Shown here piece after piece: positions 43,654 through 52,506 of a DNA stretch of 64,000 nucleotides. A program made the position numbers and the translations under genes. How positions within the stretch are numbered: the stretch's first letter is position 1; each line of letters starts with the position of its first letter. The notes beneath the pieces were generated by a model that saw nothing but the letters and a program-made list of their open reading frames with translations, ran no database searches and was not told the origin of the DNA. Source of the DNA: Vicinamibacterales bacterium (lineage in GTDB: Bacteria; Acidobacteriota; Vicinamibacteria; Vicinamibacterales; UBA8438); NCBI GenBank assembly GCA_965202695.1, contig OZ241843.1:3456701-3520700 (forward strand), read 5' to 3'.

Positions 43654-44526
43654 ATGAATGTCCTGGCGTCGACGAATCGCCGACTGGGCGCGGCGTCCGC
43701 GCTCGCCGTGGCGCCGTTTCGGCATCGCGGCGTCGCCTCGGGCATCGCTGGCGCGCTGGCGCGCGGGCGGTTCCGGGACGCCCGACGCATGGCGCGCACG
43801 GCGTCGAAGTCGGCGGATCGCGGGGCGGAAAAGATCGTGTCGCGGAAACTCCGCTGTCTCTGGATGTGCAACCCCAAGGCGGCGTCGCGGAGCATCATGT
43901 CGGCGCTGCTTTGCCTGGACCCGGACGCGGAAGTCATCGAGGGAAGGGCCGTCGCCGACGTTTGCGCGATGCGCCCGGAAGCGAGGGACTACTACAGCTT
44001 CGCGTTCATCAGGCATCCTTTCGACCGCGCGCTCTCGCTGTATGCCGAGATGCGTTTCTTTCGGAAGCGCTACGAGGGAATGCACCGCCTTCTGAAGGCG
44101 AGGCGGCAGCGGTACCTTGACGATTCGTTCTTCGGGCTGGCGGAGGTGGGCAGTTTCGACGACTACTGCGCGTGGCTGAACACTCCGTGGGGCTCCGATG
44201 CGTTCGCCAACGGACATTTCCTGTCGCAGAACGTCCAGATACGTCTCGAAGACGGCCGCTTGCCCGATTTCGTCGGCCGCCTGGAGAACATCGAGGAAGA
44301 CTGGCGGCGCGTGGCGGCGCGGCTGTCCGTCCCGGCGCCGGAGCTGCTGACGTTGAACACGATGGCGGGATGGCGGGCGCCGTCGCGGCCGGCGCTGGAG
44401 GCGGCCCGCGGGGAGATGCGCGTCCTTCTGACGGAGCGGAACAGGACGCTGCTGCGCAGACGCTACGCGGCGGACCTGGAACTGTACGCCGGGGTTGCGA
44501 AGGGCGATGCGCGGGACGGGCGGTGA
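43654..44526 (+). CDS. Carbohydrate sulfotransferase-like protein (Sulfotransfer_2 / CHST-like), copy 3
   Basis: LRCLWMCNPKAASRS and YYSFAFIRHPFDRALS motifs. The start abuts the previous stop (TGAATG). Confidence 0.7.
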   Translation: MNVLASTNRRLGAASALAVAPFRHRGVASGIAGALARGRFRDARRMARTASKSADRGAEKIVSRKLRCLWMCNPKAASRSIMSALLCLDPDAEVIEGRAVADVCAMRPEARDYYSFAFIRHPFDRALSLYAEMRFFRKRYEGMHRLLKARRQRYLDDSFFGLAEVGSFDDYCAWLNTPWGSDAFANGHFLSQNVQIRLEDGRLPDFVGRLENIEEDWRRVAARLSVPAPELLTLNTMAGWRAPSRPALEAARGEMRVLLTERNRTLLRRRYAADLELYAGVAKGDARDGR

Positions 44527-44676
44527 GGCCGCCGCCCCCGTGCTCATCGGCGCGACGGCCAGGTTGCGAAGGGCGGCGCGCGGGCGTGCGATGAGGCGTC
44601 GGCGCGGGACGCGCGGACCCGCGGCGGTTCGCATCGCCGAAGTGCGGGGCGCGGCGCGGTCGGACCGGGGGCGCCG

Positions 44677-45699
44677 ATGAAGCTCGTGCGCGGGAAGACG
44701 GCGTGGGATCTGGCGTACCGCAGCGGGCTCTCGGCGGCGATCGGGCGCCGTTACGGCGGCATCGGCTCCGTCTTCCTGTTTCACCACGTCGTGCGCGACG
44801 TTTCAGTTCACTTGAACGACGATCTGTACGTCAGTGCGGGGTTCCTGGAAGCGTGGCTGATCGCGCTGCGCCGGGCCCGGGTCGACGTGATTTCCCTTGA
44901 CGAGGCGGTCGAGCGCATCCGGGACCCGGGCCGCGGCCGCGCCGGGCGGCGTTTCGTCGTCATCACCTTCGACGACGGATACGCCGACAACTTCGAGTGC
45001 GCCCTGCCGGTGCTGGAGAGGCTGGAGGCGCCCTTCACGGTGTACGTCACGACGGACCTGGTCGAGGGCGGCGGCCGCTTGTGGTGGATCGGTCTGGAGC
45101 GGCTGATCGAGGAGAACGACGTGGTCGACGTGGCGCCCATGGGGCGGCGGTTCCCGACCGCGTCGTTCCGGGAGAAGGCGGATGCGCTCGAGGCCGTGAC
45201 CCGTTGGGTGTGGACGGACGTCGGTCGGCGCGCGCCGCGGTTGCGCGCGGTCTTCGAACGCCACGGCCTGTCCTCGAGCGCGGCGGGCCTGTCGCGGGAG
45301 CAGCTTCGCGTGCTCGGCCGCCACCCGCTGGCGACCATCGGCGGCCATACGTCGGGCCACGCATGGCTGGCGGGTCTGAGCGAACCGGAGGCGTACCGTG
45401 AAATGTCGGACAACAAGACGTTTCTCGAGAACGTCTGCGGGCGCCCGGTCGACCACTTCGCCTATCCCCACGGCGCCGGCGGCGCGCGGGAAGCGGCGCT
45501 GGCCGAACGGGCCGGTTTCGAGACGGCGGTCACGAACCGGGTCGGTTGCCTGTTCCCCGCGCATCGGGACCACCTCCGGTCGTTGCCGCGCCATCCGTGC
45601 GGAGGTTCCAGAATGTGGCTGAGCTTCATGCACGCGCAACGGCACGGCATGCGGCGTTTCGTCGAGAGCCGCGGCGGACGTCCGGTGGTCACGCTCTGA
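44677..45699 (+). CDS. Polysaccharide deacetylase (NodB-homology, CE4)
   Basis: VVITFDDGYADN, then ...HTSGH... and ...FAYPHG blocks. Confidence 0.75.
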   Translation: MKLVRGKTAWDLAYRSGLSAAIGRRYGGIGSVFLFHHVVRDVSVHLNDDLYVSAGFLEAWLIALRRARVDVISLDEAVERIRDPGRGRAGRRFVVITFDDGYADNFECALPVLERLEAPFTVYVTTDLVEGGGRLWWIGLERLIEENDVVDVAPMGRRFPTASFREKADALEAVTRWVWTDVGRRAPRLRAVFERHGLSSSAAGLSREQLRVLGRHPLATIGGHTSGHAWLAGLSEPEAYREMSDNKTFLENVCGRPVDHFAYPHGAGGAREAALAERAGFETAVTNRVGCLFPAHRDHLRSLPRHPCGGSRMWLSFMHAQRHGMRRFVESRGGRPVVTL

Positions 45700-45835
45700 T
45701 CCGCGGCCGCGCGGCGATGCGCACGGACGCACGCCCCCGGGTCCGCCGGTTGGACGGCGGGCCGGGCGCGCGGTACACTGGCGCGTCGCGGCGCCGCCCG
45801 CGGCGCGTCCACTTCTCGCGGGCGGCCGCTCTCGC

Positions 45836-48754
45836 ATGTCAGAAGCCGCAGCCGGAAACGGGCGTCTCGTCATTCGGGGCGCTCGTACGCACAACCTCAA
45901 GAACGTCGATCTGACCCTGCCCGCGGGCCGGCTGATCATCGTCACCGGGGTCAGCGGGTCGGGCAAGTCGTCGCTCGCCTTCGACACCATCTACGCCGAG
46001 GGACAGCGCCGCTACGTCGAGTCGCTGTCGGCCTACGCCCGACAGTTCCTCGAGCGGATGGAAAAGCCGGACGTCGACCACATCGACGGCATCTGTCCGG
46101 CGATTGCGATTCGGCAGAAGAACAGCGTGCGCAATCCGCGGTCGACGGTGGGCACCACCACCGAGATCCACGACTATCTGCGCCTGTTCTTCGCCCGGGT
46201 CGGCCGCACCGTCTGCCGGCAGTGCGGCCGCGAAGTCGTCCGCGAACCGCCGGACGCAGCGGCTCGGCGGCTCGCGGCCCTGCCGGAAGGGACCCGGCTG
46301 CTGCTGGGGTTCGACTGCCCGGTGGGCGCAGCCGAGGCCGGCGTTCCCGGCGGCGCTGCGGACGCGGAACCGCCGGAGGCCGGGGGCCGCGCCGCGGCCG
46401 GGGGCGATCCGGCGGCGGCGGCGGTCGCCGACCTGCGCAAGCGCGGATTCGTCCGCATGGTCGTCTCCGACGGGGACGGTCCGCATGGCGCGGCGGGCCG
46501 CGTCGTCCGCCTCGACGAGATCGACCCGGCGCAGCTCGCGGGACGGCGGACGCTGCGCATCGTGGTGGACCGGCTGCAGGTGCGCCCGGACGCGCTGGGG
46601 CGCCTGACGGACTCGATGGAGACGGCGTATCGCGAGGGCGGCGGTTCGGCGTTCGCGCTGGAGGCGGGGGCGGGGGGGAGCCCGGCCGACGCGGCGCCGC
46701 ACCGGTTCAGCGAACGGTTCGAGTGCCGGGCGTGCGGCCTCGGCTACGAGCCGCCCGAGCCGCGCCTCTTCTCGTTCAACAACCCGTTCGGGGCGTGCCC
46801 CACCTGCCACGGCTTCGGCAACGTGATCGAGCTCGACCTGAACCGGGTGGTGCCGGACACGGCGAAGTCGATCCGGCGGCAGGCCATCGAGCCGTGGAGC
46901 AGGGCCGAGTACCGGCCCCAACTGGCCCGGCTGACGCGCGCGGCGCGGGGCGGCGCGGTCCGGCTGGACGTTCCCTGGCGCGAACTGACCGACGCGGAGC
47001 GCGATTTCGTGGTCGAGGGCGACGGGGCCGGCTATCCGGGCGTCCGGGGGTTCTTCGGCGCCCTCGAGCAGAAGAAGTACAAGATGCAGGTCCGGGTGTT
47101 CCTGAGCCGCTACCGCGGTTACGTGACCTGCCCCGGCTGCGGCGGAACCCGGCTGCGGCCGGAGGCCCGCGGGGTCCAGGTCGCGGGACGGACCATCGAC
47201 GAGGTCTGCGCCTTTACGGTGGACGAGGCGGCCGGGTTCTTCGACGGGCTCGCGCTGACCGAGAGCGAGCGGACGATCGCGGACCGGCTGGTGCGCGAGA
47301 TCCGGCGGCGGCTGTCGTTCCTGCGCGACGTCGGCCTGGAATACCTGACCCTCGATCGCCTGTCGTCGACCCTCTCGGGCGGCGAGGCGCAGCGCATCAA
47401 CCTGGCCACGGCCCTGGGGTCGGCCCTCGTCGGCACGCTCTACGTGCTCGACGAGCCGTCGGTCGGCCTGCATCCGCGGGACAACGAGCGGCTCATCGCC
47501 ATCCTGCGGCAACTGCGCGACCAGGGCAACACGGTGCTGGTGGTGGAGCACGACGCCGACACCATCCGGACCGCCGACGTCGTGGTCGATCTGGGGCTGG
47601 GGGCGGGCGAGGAGGGCGGAAGGGTCGTCCATGCCGGTTCGTTCGACGCCCTGCTGGACGAACCGCGGTCGCTGACCGCGAAGTACCTGCGGGGCGAACT
47701 GACGATACCGCTCCCGGCGCGCCGCCGGAAGCCCGCGCCGGCGGCCATACGGGTCACCGGCGCCCGCGAGCACAACCTGCGGGGGATCGACGTCGAGGTT
47801 CCCCTGAACACGCTGACCTGCGTCACCGGGGTCAGCGGGTCGGGCAAGTCGACGCTGGTGCACGACGTCCTCTACGCCGCCATCAAGCGGCAGAAGGGGG
47901 CCTGGGACAAGCGCGTCGGGCTGCACGACCGTCTCGACGGCGCCGAGCTGGTGACCGACGTCACCCTGGTCGACCAGACCCCGATCGGGCGGACCCCGCG
48001 GTCGAACCCGGTCACCTACCTGAAGGCTCTCGACCCCGTGCGCGAGCTGTTCTCGCGGACCCGGGACGCCCGCGCCGCCGGCCTGACCCCCGGCCACTTC
48101 TCGTTCAACGTGCCGGGCGGCCGATGCGACGGATGCGAGGGCGAGGGCGTGGTGCGGGTCGAGATGCAGTTCCTCGCCGACGTGTTCGTGCCCTGCGACG
48201 AGTGCGGCGGACGCCGGTTCAAGCCCCAGGTGCTGGACGTGCGGTACCACGGCCGCGGCATCGACGACGTGCTCGCCATGACGGTGATCGAGGCCTTGTC
48301 GTTCTTCGCGGGGTCGGCGAAGATCTGCCGGCGCCTGCGCCTGCTCGACGAGATCGGGCTGGGCTATCTGCGGCTCGGCCAACCCGCGACGACCCTCTCG
48401 GGGGGCGAGGCGCAGCGCATCAAGATCGCGTCGCACCTCGCCGCGCGCCGGTCCGACCGCACCCTGTACATCCTCGACGAGCCGACGACGGGGCTGCACT
48501 TCGACGACGTCGCCAAGCTGCTGGCCGCGTTCCGCAAGCTGCTGCAGGCGGGGAACAGCATTCTCGTCATCGAGCACAACCTCGACGTCATCAAGTCGGC
48601 CGACTGGGTCATCGATCTCGGACCGGAGGGCGGCGAGGGCGGGGGACGGGTCGTCGCCGCCGGCGCCCCCGAACGGATCGCGGAGGCCGGCGGGTCGCAC
48701 ACCGGCCGCCACCTGCGCCCGGTCCTCGCCGCCGCGCCGGCCCCGGGCGGGTGA
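45836..48754 (+). CDS. uvrA: Excinuclease ABC subunit A
   Basis: GVSGSGKSSLAFDTIYAEGQRRYVESLSAYARQFL, two ABC modules and Zn-finger Cys pairs. Confidence 0.95.
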   Translation: MSEAAAGNGRLVIRGARTHNLKNVDLTLPAGRLIIVTGVSGSGKSSLAFDTIYAEGQRRYVESLSAYARQFLERMEKPDVDHIDGICPAIAIRQKNSVRNPRSTVGTTTEIHDYLRLFFARVGRTVCRQCGREVVREPPDAAARRLAALPEGTRLLLGFDCPVGAAEAGVPGGAADAEPPEAGGRAAAGGDPAAAAVADLRKRGFVRMVVSDGDGPHGAAGRVVRLDEIDPAQLAGRRTLRIVVDRLQVRPDALGRLTDSMETAYREGGGSAFALEAGAGGSPADAAPHRFSERFECRACGLGYEPPEPRLFSFNNPFGACPTCHGFGNVIELDLNRVVPDTAKSIRRQAIEPWSRAEYRPQLARLTRAARGGAVRLDVPWRELTDAERDFVVEGDGAGYPGVRGFFGALEQKKYKMQVRVFLSRYRGYVTCPGCGGTRLRPEARGVQVAGRTIDEVCAFTVDEAAGFFDGLALTESERTIADRLVREIRRRLSFLRDVGLEYLTLDRLSSTLSGGEAQRINLATALGSALVGTLYVLDEPSVGLHPRDNERLIAILRQLRDQGNTVLVVEHDADTIRTADVVVDLGLGAGEEGGRVVHAGSFDALLDEPRSLTAKYLRGELTIPLPARRRKPAPAAIRVTGAREHNLRGIDVEVPLNTLTCVTGVSGSGKSTLVHDVLYAAIKRQKGAWDKRVGLHDRLDGAELVTDVTLVDQTPIGRTPRSNPVTYLKALDPVRELFSRTRDARAAGLTPGHFSFNVPGGRCDGCEGEGVVRVEMQFLADVFVPCDECGGRRFKPQVLDVRYHGRGIDDVLAMTVIEALSFFAGSAKICRRLRLLDEIGLGYLRLGQPATTLSGGEAQRIKIASHLAARRSDRTLYILDEPTTGLHFDDVAKLLAAFRKLLQAGNSILVIEHNLDVIKSADWVIDLGPEGGEGGGRVVAAGAPERIAEAGGSHTGRHLRPVLAAAPAPGG

Positions 48755-48839
48755 CCGCGGCGGTTATGGTACGATCCGGGCGTTCGCTTCGCGGGTTCAC
48801 CGGACCTCCGCGCGGGCCGATGCGCGGGCCGCGCGCCGC

Positions 48840-49412
48840 ATGGTCGTCATGGAATCGATTCAGGCTACCCGTTTGCGCAAGGGCATGCTCGTCAAGCACA
48901 ACGGCGATCTCCACCGCGTGATGGACGTCACGCACCTGACTCCCGGCAAGGGGAAGGCGTTCGTGCAGTCGCGGATGCGGAACGTCCGGGCCGGCACCCT
49001 GCTCGACCACAAGTTCCGGTCCGCCGACGTCGTCGAGCGGGCGGTCGTCGACGATCGCGAGATGCAGTTCACGTACCGTGACGGCGACGCGTTCCACTTC
49101 ATGGATCTCGAGACCTTCGAGCAGATCGAGATGACCGCCGACACCCTCGGCGACTCGGTCAACTATCTGCTGCCGGAGGCGACCATACGGGTCTCGACGT
49201 TCGAGGGGGAGGCGGTCGGTCTGGACCTGCCGATGACCGTCGAGCTCGCCGTGCGGGAGACGGCGCCGGCCATCAAGGGGGCCACCGCGAACGCGCAGCT
49301 CAAGCCCGCGACCCTCGAGACGGGGCTGGTCGTGCAGGTGCCGCCGTTCATCAGCAACGGCGATCGCATCCGGGTGAGCACCGAGACCGGCGAGTATCAG
49401 TCGCGGGCGTGA
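48840..49412 (+). CDS. efp: Elongation factor P
   Basis: LRKGMLVKHNGDLHRVMDVTHLTPGKGKAFVQSRMRN...; the true start could be the ATG at 48849. Confidence 0.9.
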   Translation: MVVMESIQATRLRKGMLVKHNGDLHRVMDVTHLTPGKGKAFVQSRMRNVRAGTLLDHKFRSADVVERAVVDDREMQFTYRDGDAFHFMDLETFEQIEMTADTLGDSVNYLLPEATIRVSTFEGEAVGLDLPMTVELAVRETAPAIKGATANAQLKPATLETGLVVQVPPFISNGDRIRVSTETGEYQSRA

Positions 49413-49436
49413 CGGCCTGCGGCCGGGGGCGGAGCC

Positions 49437-50021
49437 GTGGGTGGCGGGGAGCTGTTCTCCAGTTTCGTCGATTCGATCCTGCCGGTCTCGCTGCAGTTGC
49501 TGGGCGCGGGGTTCCTGGTCGCCAATCTCCGCTTGCTGGGGCGGTTCCTGCGGTTCCTGCGCGTCCGTTCGACCGCGGTCCTGACGTGGCCCGGCCCGCG
49601 CCCGTCCGCCTACGGGGTGTCGCTCGGCCTCGGGATCCTGTTCGGCGCCCTCCTGTTCATGAAGATCGTCGTACGGAACCGTCCGCTGGCCGACGCCTTC
49701 GGCGAGGCGATGATGTTCATCTACTACGCCTATGCCTTCCCCCTGAGCCTGCGCATCGGGCGCGGGTTCTACGACGCCGGGGTCTGGTCCGACGAGGGGC
49801 TCGTGCCGTACGGGCGGATCGGAGGCCTGTCGTGGCAGGGAGACCCTGGTCCGCGGCTGGTGTTCATCGACCGCGTGCGCAACCTGGTGCGGCATCTCGA
49901 CGTGCCGCGGGAGCACTACGGCGAGGTGCGCCGCCTCCTGCGCGACAAGATCGCGGCCCACGACATCCGCTTCGCGGGCAAGGGACTCGATCTCGGTTCC
50001 GACGAACGCGAAGTGGTGTGA
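49437..50021 (+). CDS. Hypothetical membrane protein (194 aa)
   Basis: GTG start, three or four hydrophobic segments, coding-like composition. Confidence 0.5.
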   Translation: MGGGELFSSFVDSILPVSLQLLGAGFLVANLRLLGRFLRFLRVRSTAVLTWPGPRPSAYGVSLGLGILFGALLFMKIVVRNRPLADAFGEAMMFIYYAYAFPLSLRIGRGFYDAGVWSDEGLVPYGRIGGLSWQGDPGPRLVFIDRVRNLVRHLDVPREHYGEVRRLLRDKIAAHDIRFAGKGLDLGSDEREVV

Positions 50022-50034
50022 GCCGCGGACGCGC

Positions 50035-51384
50035 CTATCTCGACAGGAAGCGGTAGAATCCGGCCTTCGCGGCGCGGTGCGCGGCCGAATCCGGCCGGAG
50101 CAGGTTCTTGCAGCGGAGCGAGAACTGCATCAGCAGGAAGTCCAGGGGGGCGCGTCTCCGGTACTCCGCCATGTACGCCTTCACCTCCTGCTTCGTGCGG
50201 GCGCCTCCGTTGTCGGCGTACTTCGCCACCCAGGGGGTGAAGTGCGGCCACAGGCCGCGCGTCGAGCCGTGCAGCGTGGTGCGCATGTAGTTGCCGATGA
50301 GCAGGTCGTCGAAGACGCGGCCCCGTATCGCGGTCACGAGGGAGTGCCGCGGCGCTTCGAACGTCAGGCCGCGTTTCCGGCCCCGGTTCAGGTCTATCAG
50401 GTTGTCCTTGCCGCCGACCCGGAGATTGACGAAATCGTACGCGTCGCGCAGGTGCTCGATCGCCTTGAAATAGCGGGCGGCTTCCTGCGCGTCGTCCTTC
50501 TCGAGTTCGTCGGTCCAGTTGTCTCCGAATTCCTCGGGTTCGTGGACGGCCGGCGCGCTGGGCAAGGGGCGCAGTTCCTCGAACCTGTCGGTCGCGCAGC
50601 AATACCGGATGAAGGCCGGGTACATCTCCCTGCCTCCCTTTCTTTCGGGCCGGCCGTACTCGTCCAGTCGGACCGCATGTTCCTGGGCCCAGACGCTGTC
50701 CGTCCTCTGATACCGGTGCAACGAGCTGAAGGGGATGAAGCCTCCGGCGCCGAACACGTCCATCTGTCTCCGGATGTCGCCGTCCAGCGGGGGTTTCTCG
50801 ACGAGCCGGTTCGGCAGCATCAGGCGGCCCTCCTCGTCGCGGACGTTGATCATGTCGGCGTCGCCGTGGTTCGTGAGATGCAGCAGAAACGACTTGTCGA
50901 AGCGCTTCACGACCCCGCGGATGAACGAGAGCCCTCCGTGCGTCCAGTTCGCGTCGTTCATGTTGATCAGGAGCCGCCCGTTGACGTCGATGAGCAGGAT
51001 GCCGTCCTGGTTGTAGTTGGCCAGGCAGACCACGCGGATCCGGTCCGACAACCGGTGCCAGACGCGGTCCTTCAGGACGGCGACGTCGAATCCGGCCTCC
51101 TGGAAGCCCCTGCGGATGCGCCCGCCCGCGTGGTCCGGCAGCAGGATCTTCTTGTCGAGGTAATACGACTCGGAGTCGGCGTTCAGGTGGTCGGGATGAC
51201 CGTGCGAGATCCACACGTACTCGCAGTTCCTGACCGCCTCCGCCTGCTCGTCGGGGACCTCGTGCGACAGCCCCCAGCTTCCGAAGTACGCGTTTCCGAC
51301 GATCCACGGGTCCGTCACCAGGATCGGGCCCCGGTCGTAACAGATCAGGGTCGCGTTCCCGATGGTGTCGAAACCGACGTCCAT
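50035..51384 (-). CDS. MBL-fold hydrolase-like protein with a ~250-aa C-terminal extension of unknown function
   Basis: ATG at 51382-51384 (MDVGFDTIGNATL...) and WISHGHPDH. G+C is visibly lower than in the flanks. Confidence 0.65.
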   Translation of the reverse strand: MDVGFDTIGNATLICYDRGPILVTDPWIVGNAYFGSWGLSHEVPDEQAEAVRNCEYVWISHGHPDHLNADSESYYLDKKILLPDHAGGRIRRGFQEAGFDVAVLKDRVWHRLSDRIRVVCLANYNQDGILLIDVNGRLLINMNDANWTHGGLSFIRGVVKRFDKSFLLHLTNHGDADMINVRDEEGRLMLPNRLVEKPPLDGDIRRQMDVFGAGGFIPFSSLHRYQRTDSVWAQEHAVRLDEYGRPERKGGREMYPAFIRYCCATDRFEELRPLPSAPAVHEPEEFGDNWTDELEKDDAQEAARYFKAIEHLRDAYDFVNLRVGGKDNLIDLNRGRKRGLTFEAPRHSLVTAIRGRVFDDLLIGNYMRTTLHGSTRGLWPHFTPWVAKYADNGGARTKQEVKAYMAEYRRRAPLDFLLMQFSLRCKNLLRPDSAAHRAAKAGFYRFLSR

Positions 51385-51624
51385 CCGTCCATCTCCTCGC
51401 CGCGTTCGGACGATCGGTCCGCCCGGCGCGCGCCGGGCGGCGGCGTGGTCCGGGCGGGCATCGACCTCGCCGGCGGCGAATGGACCCCACCCGTGGTCAT
51501 TGTGACCGCCCGCGGCGGTCGATGGCAAACGCACGGAATCGCGGGCGGCGGCCGTCCGCGCCCGGCCGCCGCGCTTCCGAGGTTCCGGGCGGGGTCCGTC
51601 GCCGGTACGGAACGTTCGCGGCCC

Positions 51625-51822
51625 CTACCGGAGTCGTTCGAGGATGAGGCCGACGAGGCCGGGGCCGCTGGCCGTGGGGTCGCCGAGCCAGTCGGGCGGA
51701 GTGAGCCACACGAACGCGAGGATCGCGATGACCATGAGATCGTACTGCCACGTGCCCCGGTCGAACGTCCAGAACAGGGCGTGCCGGACCGCCCGCGCCG
51801 GCAGCGTCAGGAGCCGCTTCAC
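51625..51822 (-). CDS. Small membrane protein (65 aa), translationally coupled to the upstream phosphatidyltransferase
   Basis: The GTG start overlaps the upstream stop (GTGA). YDLMVIAILAFVWLTPPDW is a TM segment. Confidence 0.4.
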   Translation of the reverse strand: MKRLLTLPARAVRHALFWTFDRGTWQYDLMVIAILAFVWLTPPDWLGDPTASGPGLVGLILERLR

Positions 51823-52418
51823 CGCGCCCCCGCTTCCCGGGGCCGGAGCGCCCGCCACGTGAAGTAGATCCGGTCGGCGACGGTGACGATGGACAGCACC
51901 AGGATCACCCAGAGGACGGCGCCCATCCGGTTCGTGAACGCCCCGATCATCACCAGGACGATCCGTTCGGGACGCTCCATGAACCCGACCTTGCACTTGT
52001 CGATCATCGACTCGGCGCGGGCCCGCGTATAGCTGGTCATGACCGAGAACATCATCGCGAAGGCGGCGACCATGACGTAGTCGGTACGCCCGAGCTGGGC
52101 ATAGAGATAGATGACGCCGATGAACAGCGACAGGTCCGAGAAGCGGTCCATCACCGAGTCCCAGAACCCGCCGAACCGCGACGTCAGCTTCGTCGCCTCG
52201 GCCACCTTCCCGTCGATGAAGTCGAAGATGTTGGCGGCGAGCATGATGAAACCGGCGGTGACGAACGCCCCCTGCGCGAAGTGCCAGGCCGCGATGAAGT
52301 TGATGAACACGCCGACCACCGTGAGCACGTTCGGGTGGATGCGCAACGCCACGCACGCCCGTATGATGGAGCGGAGAGGGAACATGCAGGCGGCGCCGAT
52401 GGCACCTGTGAACGTCAT
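51819..52418 (-). CDS. CDP-alcohol phosphatidyltransferase family protein (PgsA-like)
   Basis: DFIDGKVAEATKLTSRFGGFWDSVMDRFSD matches D-x2-DG-x2-AR...G-x3-D-x3-D. The start was chosen at 52416-52418 because longer starts would overlap uvrC. Confidence 0.7.
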   Translation of the reverse strand: MTFTGAIGAACMFPLRSIIRACVALRIHPNVLTVVGVFINFIAAWHFAQGAFVTAGFIMLAANIFDFIDGKVAEATKLTSRFGGFWDSVMDRFSDLSLFIGVIYLYAQLGRTDYVMVAAFAMMFSVMTSYTRARAESMIDKCKVGFMERPERIVLVMIGAFTNRMGAVLWVILVLSIVTVADRIYFTWRALRPREAGAR

Positions 52419-52506
52419 GGCGGGATGCGGCGCGGCGATCGCGGGGTCGGTGCGCCGGCCCTTGGTGCGGCGCCCCTTCGACGGCACGAACCCCACAGTG
52501 TAAACC

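Noticed and set aside
29146-45699. The glycan cluster as a tRNA-Thr-integrated genomic island.
   Set aside because: There is no integrase, and I found no direct repeat of the tRNA 3' end. The cluster also lies on the 5' side of the minus-strand tRNA, whereas classical integration occurs at the 3' end. Local G+C dips still suggest some foreign segments.
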